From positions 5,141 to 69,140 of the forward strand of contig CALXXY010000001.1 in assembly GCA_944392815.1 (NCBI GenBank): a stretch of DNA of 64,000 nt, in the 5' to 3' direction. The notes beneath the pieces are model-generated. The model was not told where the DNA came from, did not search any database, and saw nothing but the letters and a program-made list of their open reading frames with translations. This DNA comes from an uncultured Alphaproteobacteria bacterium. GTDB taxonomy: Bacteria > Pseudomonadota > Alphaproteobacteria > Rs-D84. A program made the position numbers and the translations under genes. Shown in pieces: positions 9,497-19,500 of this stretch (positions within the stretch are counted from its first letter, which is position 1; the number at the start of each line of letters is the position of its first letter).

Positions 9497-9910
9497 TGCG
9501 TGTGCGCTGCGCGCAGAGTGATATTATTGTCACGCACAGCGTGACAATAATAGAGTGGAGAGTGTAGAGTTTAGAGTGTAGATGTTGTCCGCGCATATGC
9601 GCGGGACATACTCTCCCCCTGTCATTCCCGCGTAGGCGGGAATAGGGTCTATAAAATTCGTATCGCGGATTGTGTAATAATAAAAACACAACACGGAATT
9701 ATTCCCCCAATTAAATAACTAATAACAACCACAGCCCTATTCCCGCCTACGCGGGAATGACAGAATGTTTGTTGTGCGGGGCTCTGGGCGCGGGAATGAC
9801 AGAGTATAGAGAGGAAGTGTTTTTTCTTGAACTCTCTAACCACCCCCGCCCGGTGTGGCGGTGGGCATTCGGGTGTGACGTTATTCGTATACCACTGCTG
9901 AGTATGGGGA
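9497..9910. repeat. mosaic palindromic intergenic repeat element, copy 2 (composite, about 410 bp)
   Basis: Shares the gagtgtagagt tandem and ccgcgcatatgcgcgg modules with copy 1, and the tcttgaactctctaaccacc...cggtgtggcggtgggcattc module with copies 3 and 5. Confidence 0.8.
9619..9762. repeat. MITE-like unit: 29-bp perfect inverted repeats (ctgtcattcccgcgtaggcgggaatagggtc / reverse complement) flanking about 86 bp of AT-rich DNA
   Basis: Positions 9619-9647 and 9734-9762 are exact reverse complements of each other. Confidence 0.7.
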
Positions 9911-9911
9911 A

Positions 9912-9945
9912 TAAAAAAATCCCACCAATCGGCGGGATTTTGAAT
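9912..9945 (-). terminator. rho-independent terminator downstream of hup
   Basis: Hairpin atcccacc-aatc-ggcgggat with one mismatch. On the minus strand it is followed by a T-run. Confidence 0.5.
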
Positions 9946-9959
9946 ACAAATCAAACGAT

Positions 9960-10250
9960 TTAGTTCAACGCATCTTTCAACGCTTTGCCTGGTTTGAATT
10001 TCGGCTGAGTGGAAGCCGGAATCTTTATCGCGGCACCTGTCTGAGGATTGCGGCCTGTTGTGGCTTTGCGTTTTGCTGTTGTAAATGTGCCGAAACCAAC
10101 CAAGCGAACTTCGCCTTTCTTTTTCAGAACTTTGGTCACTGTGTTGATGAAAGCGTCCAGGCATGCTGCTGCTGTTGCTTTGGTCACTTCGACTTCGTTT
10201 GCGATTGCTTCAATCAATTGCTGTTTGTTCATTGTGTTTTCTCCTTTCAT
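9960..10250 (-). CDS. hup: DNA-binding protein HU
   Basis: MNKQQLIEAIA...GFGTF...RNPQTGAAIKIP is the HU/IHF fold signature. The true start is probably the internal Met near 10232. Confidence 0.85.
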   Translation of the reverse strand: MKGENTMNKQQLIEAIANEVEVTKATAAACLDAFINTVTKVLKKKGEVRLVGFGTFTTAKRKATTGRNPQTGAAIKIPASTQPKFKPGKALKDALN

Positions 10251-10463
10251 ATAAATTTATACAAGGTGTCCGGCAGTCCCCAAGCAATGCCTGTGGAATC
10301 ATACCCCGCGGGTGTGCGCCATTTTTTTACAGTGCTGTGACGCAAACCTTTGTATTCCACGGACATTGCCTGTGCTGCTTACCCGAATCGTAGAGAATTC
10401 GGGCGTTCAAGTCAAGAGCATATTTAATATTTGATAAATTTTCTGATTGTTGACAAAAACACG

Positions 10464-10940
10464 TTAATTGTGCACCGCATCATAGCGAACCGCACGCGCA
10501 CCGGGCGTGTCAGATTCACACAGCACATATTCGCCGGACAATCCGTCAACCGTCACTGTGCGAAAATGGTTTGGTGTCATTACGAACAACAGTACAATCA
10601 CACTTACCCAGAACGTATATTTGGTTAATTGCCAGGGCTTTTTAAAACTGTCGCGTTTGAATGAATCGCTTAACAAATTCTGGTACAATGACCACCCCCA
10701 ACTGAACGCCAACAGCATAACAACCGCAAACAGCGCAATGATAAAATAACGATGGAACGGCTGCAACGCTGTTGCGAATCCGTCCCAAAAAGTGCTGTCC
10801 GTGGGGCAAATATACAACGCGTACGGCACAGATTCCGCAGACAGTGCAATTGGGGCGTTCGGCGCCAACTGTAATCCGAACGACACAACAATTACTATCG
10901 ATACCAATGCGACTATGGCAAACAGCATTAATGGTTTCAT
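10464..10940 (-). CDS. hypothetical integral membrane protein (158 aa, about 4 TM helices)
   Basis: Hydrophobic segments throughout. No recognisable domain. Confidence 0.45.
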   Translation of the reverse strand: MKPLMLFAIVALVSIVIVVSFGLQLAPNAPIALSAESVPYALYICPTDSTFWDGFATALQPFHRYFIIALFAVVMLLAFSWGWSLYQNLLSDSFKRDSFKKPWQLTKYTFWVSVIVLLFVMTPNHFRTVTVDGLSGEYVLCESDTPGARAVRYDAVHN

Positions 10941-11019
10941 GTGTGATTCCCCAAAAAATCTTTGTATATATTATATCATATTATTGCAATTTGATAAACT
11001 TTTATTTACAATCGTCGTT

Positions 11020-11832
11020 ATGATGCACAAAAAAAGCAATATCGTGGTTGGAATTACAACATTTAACAACGAAATGTTGCGGATTTCTGTGCCTGCGTTG
11101 GGAAAAATTCGTCAGAAATTTACTTTGATTATATACAACGACAATCCTATGACGAATGTTAATCGGCGTTGCATCAGGAAACTGGGGTATTGCGGCGATT
11201 TGATTATTATAAACACAGATGAAAACATCGGGCAATTACGGGCACGCATGGCCATTGTTGACACTGCACGGGATTTGCGCCCGGAATGGATTGTTTTTTG
11301 TGACGACGACGATATTTTGACCGATTTGGAAATTCCACATGTGGCGGACGATAATTTTGCCATTATCCAGGGCGGAATTATATTGCGCCATCGCGTGGGC
11401 GATTTGTTGCGTGCAATGGAAAATCCTGGGGACGTTGATGTTGACGGCGAAAACACAGAACTGGTACGCCCACGGTTGGCTGTGGCGGGCACGCCAATAC
11501 GCGCAAAAACATTGTTTGGATTGGCGAAAATTATGCCGGACATGTATGATGCCATCGCGCGCATTGATGAAAAATTTGAATTTTATCCGCCTGTGGACAC
11601 AATGATGTGGAATTTTGTAAACATATATGCACGCCATGTAAACCCGAACGCAGTGCCAATTTATATGGATAAAATAAACTATATCAAAAATGAAATCGAT
11701 ACAGCACGCATGAAATATGGGCGTTTGGCGCGTCCTGTGCGAAATGCAGATGAACATTATCGGCGGGCAATCGAAAAATATGACGCAGTGTTGCATGACG
11801 CGATTGGCGTGGCGGCCGCCCTGCGGGGCTGA
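11020..11832 (+). CDS. GT-A fold glycosyltransferase-like protein
   Basis: Start reassigned to ATG at 11020, because the tool ORF from 10792 overlaps the divergent gene. IVVGITTFNNE, LIIYNDN and DDDD (DXD) resemble GT2-type motifs. Confidence 0.45.
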   Translation: MMHKKSNIVVGITTFNNEMLRISVPALGKIRQKFTLIIYNDNPMTNVNRRCIRKLGYCGDLIIINTDENIGQLRARMAIVDTARDLRPEWIVFCDDDDILTDLEIPHVADDNFAIIQGGIILRHRVGDLLRAMENPGDVDVDGENTELVRPRLAVAGTPIRAKTLFGLAKIMPDMYDAIARIDEKFEFYPPVDTMMWNFVNIYARHVNPNAVPIYMDKINYIKNEIDTARMKYGRLARPVRNADEHYRRAIEKYDAVLHDAIGVAAALRG

Positions 11833-11931
11833 TACGATTTATTTATAATTATTTTCATAAAACATAAATATCTGATTGAAACCACGGTGGAATATGTATA
11901 AAATTGCACCGACAATAAACAGGGAACCAAA

Positions 11932-13989
11932 ATGAAATACAATGACATTCGTAAAACTTTTTTAGATTACTTTGAATCGCACGGGCATAAAATTGTGCCG
12001 TCTGCGTCGCTGATACCAAACGATCCGACGCTGTTATTCACGGTCGCCGGCATGGTCCCATGGAAGGGTATTTTACAGGGAACCGAACCTGCATTTGCAC
12101 CACGCGTTGCCGACGTTCAGAAATGTATTCGCGCGGGCGGCAAACACAACGATTTGGACGAGGTTGGATTTGACGGCCGGCATCATACTTTTTTTGAAAT
12201 GCTGGGCAATTGGTCGTTTGGCGATTATTTCAAAGCCGGTGCTATTGAAATGTCGTGGGATTTGTTGACCAACGTGTTAAAACTGGATCCGGCACGTTTG
12301 CGCGTGACAACGCATGTGACCGATGACGAATCCACAGAAATATGGCGTCGCGTTGCCGGCAAAGAGGCCATTCGCATGGGCGACAAAGACAACTGGTGGT
12401 CGGCGGGCGACACCGGCCCATGTGGTCCATGCACTGAAATATTTTATGATTTCGGTGATACATTTGAAAACGAAGACGACAGATGGGTTGAAATCTGGAA
12501 CGACGTGTTTATGCAATATGACCGCGACGCGAACGGCAATTTGACGCCGTTGCCAAAACAAAATGTTGATACAGGTGGCGGTCTGGAACGCTGGGCGGCA
12601 TTGTTGCAAAACAAAGTCGATAATTTCGATACTGATTTGTTTGTAAATTTAATCAATGCGACCCAGGATATTGTCGGCGTGAAAAAAACACCTGAAAACA
12701 CGCCGTCGTTTAAAATCATCGCAGACCACCTGCGTGCGGTTGGCTTTGCAATCGCGGACGGGGTTATCCCCAGCAATACCGACCGTGGGTATGTAATTCG
12801 TCGCATATTGCGCCGCGCAATGCGTCATGGGCAAATGCTGGGGCACCGCGGGGCTTTGTTGTCCAAATTATATCCTGCGTTGATTACAGAAATGGGCGAA
12901 GCGTATCCTGAATTGGCACGCGAAGAAAAGCGCGTTGTTGAAATTATCGAAAACGAAGAAAACGCATTCGCTGATATGCTGCAAAACGGCATGAAATTGT
13001 TGGATATCGAAATTCCCAAGGTGCAAAACGGCATTTTGCCCGGCGAAATCGCGTTCAAATTATTTGATACATACGGATTCCCGCTGGATTTAACCCAAAT
13101 GATTTTGCGCGAAAAAAATATAGATGTCGATGTGGCTGGATTCGAACGCGCCATGGCCGAACAAAAAGAACGCAGCCGCGCCAATACCAAAGGCACGCGG
13201 ACACTGTGGGAATCGCAAACTGAATTGCCCGACACCGATGACCATTATAAATACGCGCCGGACGCAAATTTAACATCAACCGTATTGGCAATTTTGCGCG
13301 ATGGCGAATTTGTACAAAGTGCAAAATCTGGGGACGAAGTCGAAGTGGCTTTGGACAAAACCAATTTCTATGGCACCCAGGGCGGCCAGGTTGGCGACGC
13401 CGGCGAATTGGTGGCGAACGGCACAACAATCATGACCGTGACCGAGGCCGCACGCGTTGATAACGTCGTGATTCACCGCGGGACTTTGGTGGGTGATTTG
13501 GCTGTTGGTGATACAGTGCAAACGAAAATTAATGCGGCCACGCGTCAACAAACTGCACGTGCACACACGGCAACCCACCTGTTGCAGGCGGCGTTGCGTC
13601 ATGTGCTGAACGAAGATGTCGAACAGCGCGGTTCCAAAGTGTCGCCTGATTCTGTGCGATTTGACTTTTCGTTTGGGCGCGCAATGACGGCCGACGAAAA
13701 ACAGGCGGTCGAAGATTTAGTTAACAAATGGATTGCGGACGATATGCCTGTCGCACACGAAGAAATGTCCATTGACGACGCAAAAAAACGTGGTGCAATG
13801 GCTTTGTTCGGCGAAAAATATGGCGACGTGGTAAAGGTTATTTCGGCCGGCGATGTATCGTGCGAATTGTGCGGTGGCACACACGTGTATCACACTGGCG
13901 AAATAATTCACGCGCGTGTAAACAAAGAAAAATCCATCAGCAGCGGCATTCGCCGTATAACAATGTCCGTTGGAACATTGGCAGAATAA
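11932..13989 (+). CDS. alaS: alanine--tRNA ligase lacking the C-terminal C-Ala domain
   Basis: Class II catalytic core, tRNA-recognition and editing domains are present and end at ...GIRRITMSVGTLAE. The protein is 685 aa, whereas typical AlaRS is about 870 aa. The stop codon is followed 3 nt later by a repeat element. Confidence 0.9.
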   Translation: MKYNDIRKTFLDYFESHGHKIVPSASLIPNDPTLLFTVAGMVPWKGILQGTEPAFAPRVADVQKCIRAGGKHNDLDEVGFDGRHHTFFEMLGNWSFGDYFKAGAIEMSWDLLTNVLKLDPARLRVTTHVTDDESTEIWRRVAGKEAIRMGDKDNWWSAGDTGPCGPCTEIFYDFGDTFENEDDRWVEIWNDVFMQYDRDANGNLTPLPKQNVDTGGGLERWAALLQNKVDNFDTDLFVNLINATQDIVGVKKTPENTPSFKIIADHLRAVGFAIADGVIPSNTDRGYVIRRILRRAMRHGQMLGHRGALLSKLYPALITEMGEAYPELAREEKRVVEIIENEENAFADMLQNGMKLLDIEIPKVQNGILPGEIAFKLFDTYGFPLDLTQMILREKNIDVDVAGFERAMAEQKERSRANTKGTRTLWESQTELPDTDDHYKYAPDANLTSTVLAILRDGEFVQSAKSGDEVEVALDKTNFYGTQGGQVGDAGELVANGTTIMTVTEAARVDNVVIHRGTLVGDLAVGDTVQTKINAATRQQTARAHTATHLLQAALRHVLNEDVEQRGSKVSPDSVRFDFSFGRAMTADEKQAVEDLVNKWIADDMPVAHEEMSIDDAKKRGAMALFGEKYGDVVKVISAGDVSCELCGGTHVYHTGEIIHARVNKEKSISSGIRRITMSVGTLAE

Positions 13990-14339
13990 AAAATTCCCGC
14001 GCGTATGCGCGGGAATAATAGAGTGTAGAGTGAAGAGTTTAGAGTGTAGATAATGTCTGCGGGCGGTACGCCCGCAGTGCTTTTTTTATTTACTGGATCG
14101 CCACGCTTTGCTCGCGATGACAAGGGGGACGAAGTGGATAATTACGCACTCTCTAACCACCCCGCCCCGTTGGGGCACCCCTCCAATGGAGGGGAACTTA
14201 TTCTGCGACGGGACGAAGGCCAAGTTCCCCTCTGCGGAGGGGTGCCGGCTATGCCGGCGGGGTGGTCATTGTACCCCCCGTTGTGCAAAGCATGCCCCCC
14301 GCCAGAGGCGGTGGGCATTACTTGCACCCTACACTCTAA
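13990..14339. repeat. mosaic palindromic intergenic repeat element, copy 3 (about 350 bp)
   Basis: Shares modules with copies 4 and 5: ttcccgcgcg-N-cgcgcgggaat, gagtgtagagt tandem, gtctgcgggc-N-gcccgcagtgc, tttactggatcgccacgctttgctcgcgatgacaaggggg. It also carries ccctccaatggaggggaac...ttcccctctgcggaggggtgccggctatgccggcggggtgg. Confidence 0.85.
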
Positions 14340-14340
14340 T

Positions 14341-14370
14341 AAAAAACGGGGCGGTGCCCCGTTTTTTTTA
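14341..14370. terminator. rho-independent terminator (aaaaaacggggcggtgccccgtttttttt) shared by convergent alaS and rlpA
   Basis: GC-rich hairpin flanked by an A-run and a T-run. Confidence 0.7.
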
Positions 14371-15291
14371 AATACTGTCTGCGTTTATCCAACGACCGTT
14401 TCGCAACAATCCCGGGGCCATGCCTTCGTTGCTGCGCAGGGCGTCTATGACACTGCGTGCCTGTGTCGCGTTCAGATTCACAATGCGTACTTTGTACATG
14501 TCGCCTTCTTGGACGACGACGGCGTTGCCATATTTCATCATACGGGACGCCAATGAATCTGCGCTGTCCTGGGCATAGAATGCCGCAACCTGGACACTAT
14601 ATTCGCCAGACATTGCCGCCGGAGCCGTTGTTGTGCCTGTTGCGCCCGGTGCCTGGGTTGTTGTGACGACGGTTGTTTCAACCACAGGTGCAGGTTGCTG
14701 GGCAACCGGCTGTTGTGCAGGTGTGGTCGCGCCAATAGTCGCATTTTTCACCGCCATGGATTCGTTGGCCATAACCTGAACCTGAACCTTGGTCTGGCCG
14801 TTCATGCCGATTTTCTGGGCGGCGGCCGGCGACAAATCCATAATACGAGTATTTACGAATGGCCCGCGGTTATTAACACGCACAACCACAGATTGACCAT
14901 TGTCCAAATTGGTCACGCGTGCAATTGTTGGCAACGGCAATGTTTTGCTGGTGGCGACCATTTGACTCATATCAAACACTTCGCCATTGCTGGTTTTTGT
15001 GCCGTTCAATTCAGCCGGAATAATACCCGCGATGCCAGTTTGGTTATAGGTTAAATCCTCGACCGGAATGTATTGCACATCTTCGACCTTGTACGCGCTG
15101 CCTACGTAATATTTCGGGGCGGGTGCCAACAGGTATGTATTATTCAGTGATTCATCTGTGGTGATTAATGTTTCTTCGCCAAAACCATCGGCGGCATAGC
15201 CGTTCATGCCACTGGTATCGGACGTAGTACTTAAATCAGTACACGCGGCCAAAACTGCGGTCAACACAGCCAAAGACAGTATTTTTTTCAT
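14368..15291 (-). CDS. rlpA: septal ring lytic transglycosylase RlpA-family lipoprotein with C-terminal SPOR domain
   Basis: Start set at ATG 15289-15291 with AAGGAG 7 nt upstream. The lipobox is ...AVLAAC. Contains a DPBB domain (RVTNLDNGQSVVVRVNNRGPF) and a C-terminal SPOR-like repeat (YSVQVAAF...). Confidence 0.8.
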   Translation of the reverse strand: MKKILSLAVLTAVLAACTDLSTTSDTSGMNGYAADGFGEETLITTDESLNNTYLLAPAPKYYVGSAYKVEDVQYIPVEDLTYNQTGIAGIIPAELNGTKTSNGEVFDMSQMVATSKTLPLPTIARVTNLDNGQSVVVRVNNRGPFVNTRIMDLSPAAAQKIGMNGQTKVQVQVMANESMAVKNATIGATTPAQQPVAQQPAPVVETTVVTTTQAPGATGTTTAPAAMSGEYSVQVAAFYAQDSADSLASRMMKYGNAVVVQEGDMYKVRIVNLNATQARSVIDALRSNEGMAPGLLRNGRWINADSI

Positions 15292-15366
15292 TGTGGGACT
15301 CCTTACATTCCGTTTATTATGATTAAATTTTATCATATAACGGTGGCGTTTTCAACTTTATTTTGA

Positions 15367-16851
15367 CTATATTTTTCGGCCAATTATGTACGCGATTGGC
15401 AAATACACGATTGCGAATCCGCCGATTGCCACAAACAGTATCCAAATGTTTGGAATCGGCACGAACCACAGCACTGCCCCCATCGCGATTGCCAGCGCAG
15501 CAAATGCCAAAATAGCCACGCGTGTGCGCGGTTCTGTGCGTATCAGATTTTTACGCATACAGGCACGGCGCAACAGCCAATTTTTCAGGTACCCACTGAC
15601 GACTATACCAATTGGAATGGCCAAATATCCGACCAGTGGGAACGCGGCCACATATATCAACGTTGCCACCGCCAATGATGTAATGCTGGTTTTGACGGGT
15701 GTGCGTACGTCCTGGGACGCGTACAGTGTTTTGCTGTAAATCTGGCTTATCATCATTGCGGGCAATACCAGAACCTGTATCATCATGGCCAACGCAACGG
15801 CATGTGTGGATTCGTGTGTCCATGCGCCGTATTCAAACAAATACTGGATAATCGGTTCGGCCAGCACGAACAATCCCACCACGCACGGCATAATCAGCAT
15901 CATAGATTCCCGCATAGACGCATTTTGTTGCAGATACACACTGCGCATATTTTTTTCCGCCATCGCATTTGACATGGACGATATCAGCACTGTACCCACC
16001 GCCAGCCCAATCAGCGCAAACGGCAATTGAATCATGCGGTCGGAATAATACAGCCACGACACAGCCCCACTTTGGAAACTGGCCACCAATGTACCGACGA
16101 TAATGGTGATTTGATAAAATCCATTGCCAATAATACTTATCCCCAGGCGTTTAAACATACTTTTAATCGCAGGCGTCCATCGCGGGCGTATCAATCGCAA
16201 TCCAAAATGATGCCGCCGAATACGCGACCACAATATAGCGAACTGGATAATACCGGCCAGCACCACCGTAAACGCCATAATATATAAAATTGTTTCTGGG
16301 GCAAACCATGCGGCCAACAGCAGTGCGCATATCAGCATAATGTTCAACAGCACCGGCATAAACGCCACCAGCAAGAATTTTGAAAACGCGTTCAAAATAG
16401 CCGACAAAAACGCAGCCGCACATATAAACACCACGTACCAGAACATTATTCTGGAAATAACGACTGTTAATTGCATTTTGCCCGGGTCGTCCGCGAACCC
16501 AGGCGCCAACACCCACACGACCAGTGGCATGAATATTTCGAACAATATCGCGATACCAAGCAATATCATCATTAACCATGAAAACACGTTTTTGGCGAAA
16601 TTTTCGTCTTTGTTTTTATCCGTGTACATGGGAATAAAGATAGACGACAATGCGCCTTCGCCCAACAGGTCGCGGAACAAGTTCGGCAATTTAAACGCCG
16701 CCAAAAATATATCTGATAAACGCCCCGCGCCAAAAACGTGTGCCACCAACATGTCGCGAACGAATCCGAAAACGCGACTGATACCGGTCATTACACTGAC
16801 CCCGAAAATATGTTTGCCTAGTTTCATAGTTTCGATTATACTGCTGTTCAA
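15367..16851 (-). CDS. murJ: lipid II flippase MurJ
   Basis: 494 aa, polytopic. The N-terminal consensus FRDLLGEGALSSIFIP is typical of MurJ/MviN. Confidence 0.85.
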   Translation of the reverse strand: MNSSIIETMKLGKHIFGVSVMTGISRVFGFVRDMLVAHVFGAGRLSDIFLAAFKLPNLFRDLLGEGALSSIFIPMYTDKNKDENFAKNVFSWLMMILLGIAILFEIFMPLVVWVLAPGFADDPGKMQLTVVISRIMFWYVVFICAAAFLSAILNAFSKFLLVAFMPVLLNIMLICALLLAAWFAPETILYIMAFTVVLAGIIQFAILWSRIRRHHFGLRLIRPRWTPAIKSMFKRLGISIIGNGFYQITIIVGTLVASFQSGAVSWLYYSDRMIQLPFALIGLAVGTVLISSMSNAMAEKNMRSVYLQQNASMRESMMLIMPCVVGLFVLAEPIIQYLFEYGAWTHESTHAVALAMMIQVLVLPAMMISQIYSKTLYASQDVRTPVKTSITSLAVATLIYVAAFPLVGYLAIPIGIVVSGYLKNWLLRRACMRKNLIRTEPRTRVAILAFAALAIAMGAVLWFVPIPNIWILFVAIGGFAIVYLPIAYIIGRKI

Positions 16852-16873
16852 GAAATAAAATCAAGGCAGGAAT

Positions 16874-17635
16874 ATGCACACAAAAAAATTTTTTGCAATT
16901 ATTGGCATGGCGGCTGCGCTGGGCGCGTGCGCCGGGACTGATGACAATGTTATGATTGAACGCAGTTTGCCGGAAATATACAAATCGGCATACGACGAAT
17001 TCAACGACGAAAACTATGACACCGCCGCCACAGAATTTTTACAGGCCGAAACACAATATCCGGCCGGTGAATGGGCGGCAGACGCACTGGTTATGGCGGC
17101 GTACTCGCAATATATGGACGATGATTTCGCCGGCGCAATAATGACCATTGACAGATTTATGCGTTTTCACCCCGGACATCGTGATGTGCCATATATGCTG
17201 TATTTGCGCGGAATGTGCTATTACCGCCAGGTCAGCGATGTACGACGCGAACCGGGCATGTCTGCATATGCGCTGCAACAGTTCCAACAATTGGTGGACA
17301 GATTCCCGAAATCGCAATATACAGAAAACGCGAAAAATAAAATCAACATATTGAAAAACTATGTCGCGGGCAAAGCAATGTATTCCGCCCGCAACGATAT
17401 GGCACGTAAAAATTGGCCCAGTGCGATTTCGCGCCTGCAGGCGGTGGTGCAAACAGCCCAGGAAACCGTCATGACGCCCGAGGCCCTGTACCGCCTGACC
17501 GAATGTTATACGGCGATTGGATTGCCCGAACAGGCGTATGGGTATGCAGAAATGTTGCGTCTGAATTTCCCGGACAATGAATGGACGAAAAAATTGGACA
17601 AACGTCCGTCGGATTTTGAATCTGGCACGAAATAA
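16874..17635 (+). CDS. bamD: outer membrane protein assembly factor BamD (TPR lipoprotein)
   Basis: Signal peptide with lipobox LGACAG, followed by TPR-like repeats. Length is 253 aa. Confidence 0.75.
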   Translation: MHTKKFFAIIGMAAALGACAGTDDNVMIERSLPEIYKSAYDEFNDENYDTAATEFLQAETQYPAGEWAADALVMAAYSQYMDDDFAGAIMTIDRFMRFHPGHRDVPYMLYLRGMCYYRQVSDVRREPGMSAYALQQFQQLVDRFPKSQYTENAKNKINILKNYVAGKAMYSARNDMARKNWPSAISRLQAVVQTAQETVMTPEALYRLTECYTAIGLPEQAYGYAEMLRLNFPDNEWTKKLDKRPSDFESGTK

Positions 17636-17668
17636 AAGCGGGGCATACGCCCCGTTTTTTATTTCTGT
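17636..17668. terminator. bidirectional rho-independent terminator between bamD and rnj
   Basis: aaaagcggggcatacgccccgtttttt. The rnj stop codon lies in the T-run. Confidence 0.65.
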
Positions 17669-19500
17669 ACAAAATGTACACTGTATTGCGGTTTTTTATC
17701 CGCCCCCAGCGACGCGCGCACAACGCGATTGGATGCGCCCTGGACCGCACGAATCAGATTTTGTCTGTCCTTGCGTTCTGTTTTGGTCATGTTATCAATG
17801 GACTTGGTAATTTCAATCTGAATCTGGCGTTTCATGAACCCAGTGTCATCGGTTTCAAAAATACCGACGCTGGAAACTTCGGGGGTGCCCTTTAAAAATC
17901 CGCGTTTATCAACCGGCAGCGTCACGAATATCGCGCCGTTTGTTGCGATTTTTTTACGTGTTTTATACACAGGGTCGTCCGTGCTGCGTTCTGTTTCGCC
18001 CTCCATCACTACAAAGCCCGTTTCGATGGTTTCAGCGACATATGGGGCCTGGCCATCAGCCAACGCAATCATTTCGCCGTTATGCACGACCATCATGTAT
18101 TTTGCGCCGCCGCGTTCCATTGCCATTTTGCCGTTCAGCATTTCATTAATGTAATCACCGTGCATTGGCACAGACACCTGGGGGTGCACCATGTCATAGA
18201 ACCGTTCGAATTCCGGACGTCCCGCGTGCCCACTGGCGTGCAGATGGTCTGTATCATAAATCGTATGTGTTTTAATGCCCATACGCGCCAATTTATTGTA
18301 CAGGTATGAAACGTCCTGTTCGCGTCCCGGAATAACAATTGCGCTGAACAACACCGTATCCGTTGGTTGCAGTTTCATTTCCTTTACATGCCCGCGGCAC
18401 AGACGCGTCAACATAGCAAACTGTTCACCCTGGGACCCGGTCAGGAAAATGGCCTGTTTTTCTGCGGGCAAATCTTTGATTTCGCTGTGCAGATATACAT
18501 CGTCTTTGTCCAGATATCCGAACTCGATTCCCATTTCGCGGAATTCAGGCAATCCCACAAAAGGCACAGGGTTTGGATTACTGCGTTCCTTTATCGCGGC
18601 AACACGGCCGGCTGCACGTGCGGCCTGGGCGAACATCTTCATTCGCGCAATGGAACGTGAATATCCCGTCACCAACACGCGCCCAGGTGCGTTTTTCATG
18701 ATTTCTGTTAATGTATCGCGAACTTGTGCCTCGGTCGTTTGGGGTTCCTGGCGCGATGCAGATGTAGAATCAGACATACATGCCAACAATTTCGGATCAG
18801 ACCCAATTTCACGCAAACGCGCATAGTCGGTTGGATCCTCGATTGGATTGTCATCATTGAATGTCCAGTCACCCGTATGCAACACTTTGCCCGCCGGCGT
18901 TTTAATGATTAACATTTGCGCTTCGGGTACAGAATGGGAAACATGGAATGTTTCAACCGTAAACGGCGCCAAATCCAATGTTGCACCATGGTGGTCAAAT
19001 TCAACAATGTCTGTGTCTGGATTGAAATCTATTTCCGCACCACGGAATGTTTGGCGCAGTATTTCCGCCGGAAAACGCGTGCAGTAAATTGGCTTTCTGA
19101 ATTTCGGCCATACGAATTTCAACGCACCGATGTGGTCTTCGTGTCCATGGGTTAAAACGAAACCAATAACGTCCTTTTTGCGTTTTTCTAACCACGTAGT
19201 ATCGCAATATTGCACGTCGCCGGCACCAATTTCTTCCTCCAGAAATCCCATACCACAATCGACAACCAGATATTTGCCTTTGTATTTATAAATGTACATG
19301 TTTTGGCCGACGTGTTCCAAACCGCCCAACGCCATAAAGTACAATTTTTCATCATTTTTATCGCTTTCGTGTTTGTTCATGCCGGTGATTTTTTCCGGCA
19401 TTCCCGCGTCAGACGCGACATTTTCTGGCGCTGTTTGTTTTTTACGTACTTTTACCATAATAAATTCCTTTGTTTCGGTTATACTTTTGCGCCACCACAT
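17659..19500 (-). CDS. rnj: ribonuclease J (metallo-beta-lactamase/beta-CASP RNase)
   Basis: HGHEDHIG motif, beta-CASP region, 613 aa. The true start is possibly MVKVRKK near 19461. Confidence 0.85.
   Translation of the reverse strand: MWWRKSITETKEFIMVKVRKKQTAPENVASDAGMPEKITGMNKHESDKNDEKLYFMALGGLEHVGQNMYIYKYKGKYLVVDCGMGFLEEEIGAGDVQYCDTTWLEKRKKDVIGFVLTHGHEDHIGALKFVWPKFRKPIYCTRFPAEILRQTFRGAEIDFNPDTDIVEFDHHGATLDLAPFTVETFHVSHSVPEAQMLIIKTPAGKVLHTGDWTFNDDNPIEDPTDYARLREIGSDPKLLACMSDSTSASRQEPQTTEAQVRDTLTEIMKNAPGRVLVTGYSRSIARMKMFAQAARAAGRVAAIKERSNPNPVPFVGLPEFREMGIEFGYLDKDDVYLHSEIKDLPAEKQAIFLTGSQGEQFAMLTRLCRGHVKEMKLQPTDTVLFSAIVIPGREQDVSYLYNKLARMGIKTHTIYDTDHLHASGHAGRPEFERFYDMVHPQVSVPMHGDYINEMLNGKMAMERGGAKYMMVVHNGEMIALADGQAPYVAETIETGFVVMEGETERSTDDPVYKTRKKIATNGAIFVTLPVDKRGFLKGTPEVSSVGIFETDDTGFMKRQIQIEITKSIDNMTKTERKDRQNLIRAVQGASNRVVRASLGADKKPQYSVHFVQK

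Noticed and set aside
8886-9689. 267-aa tool ORF extending lemA upstream into the repeat element
   Set aside because: The N-terminal 88 residues are translated repeat DNA (MRGQHLHSKLYTLHS...). LemA family proteins start at the TM helix MWTTIAIV, and an ATG is present at 9423-9425.
10792-11019. N-terminal 76 codons of the tool ORF 10792-11832
   Set aside because: They overlap the divergent membrane-protein gene 10464-10940 on the other strand. The GT-A-like domain begins right after the tandem ATGs at 11020 and 11023.
14053-14556. 167-aa + strand ORF and other ORFs inside repeat copies 3 and 5 (14108-14371, 47427-47726, 47444-47737, 47492-47791, 46774-47481, 38395-38577)
   Set aside because: They lie wholly within the palindromic repeat DNA or antisense to rlpA or groEL. 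Their peptides recur across copies (SRAKRGDPVNKK, PLQWRGTDSATG), as expected for translated repeats rather than genes.
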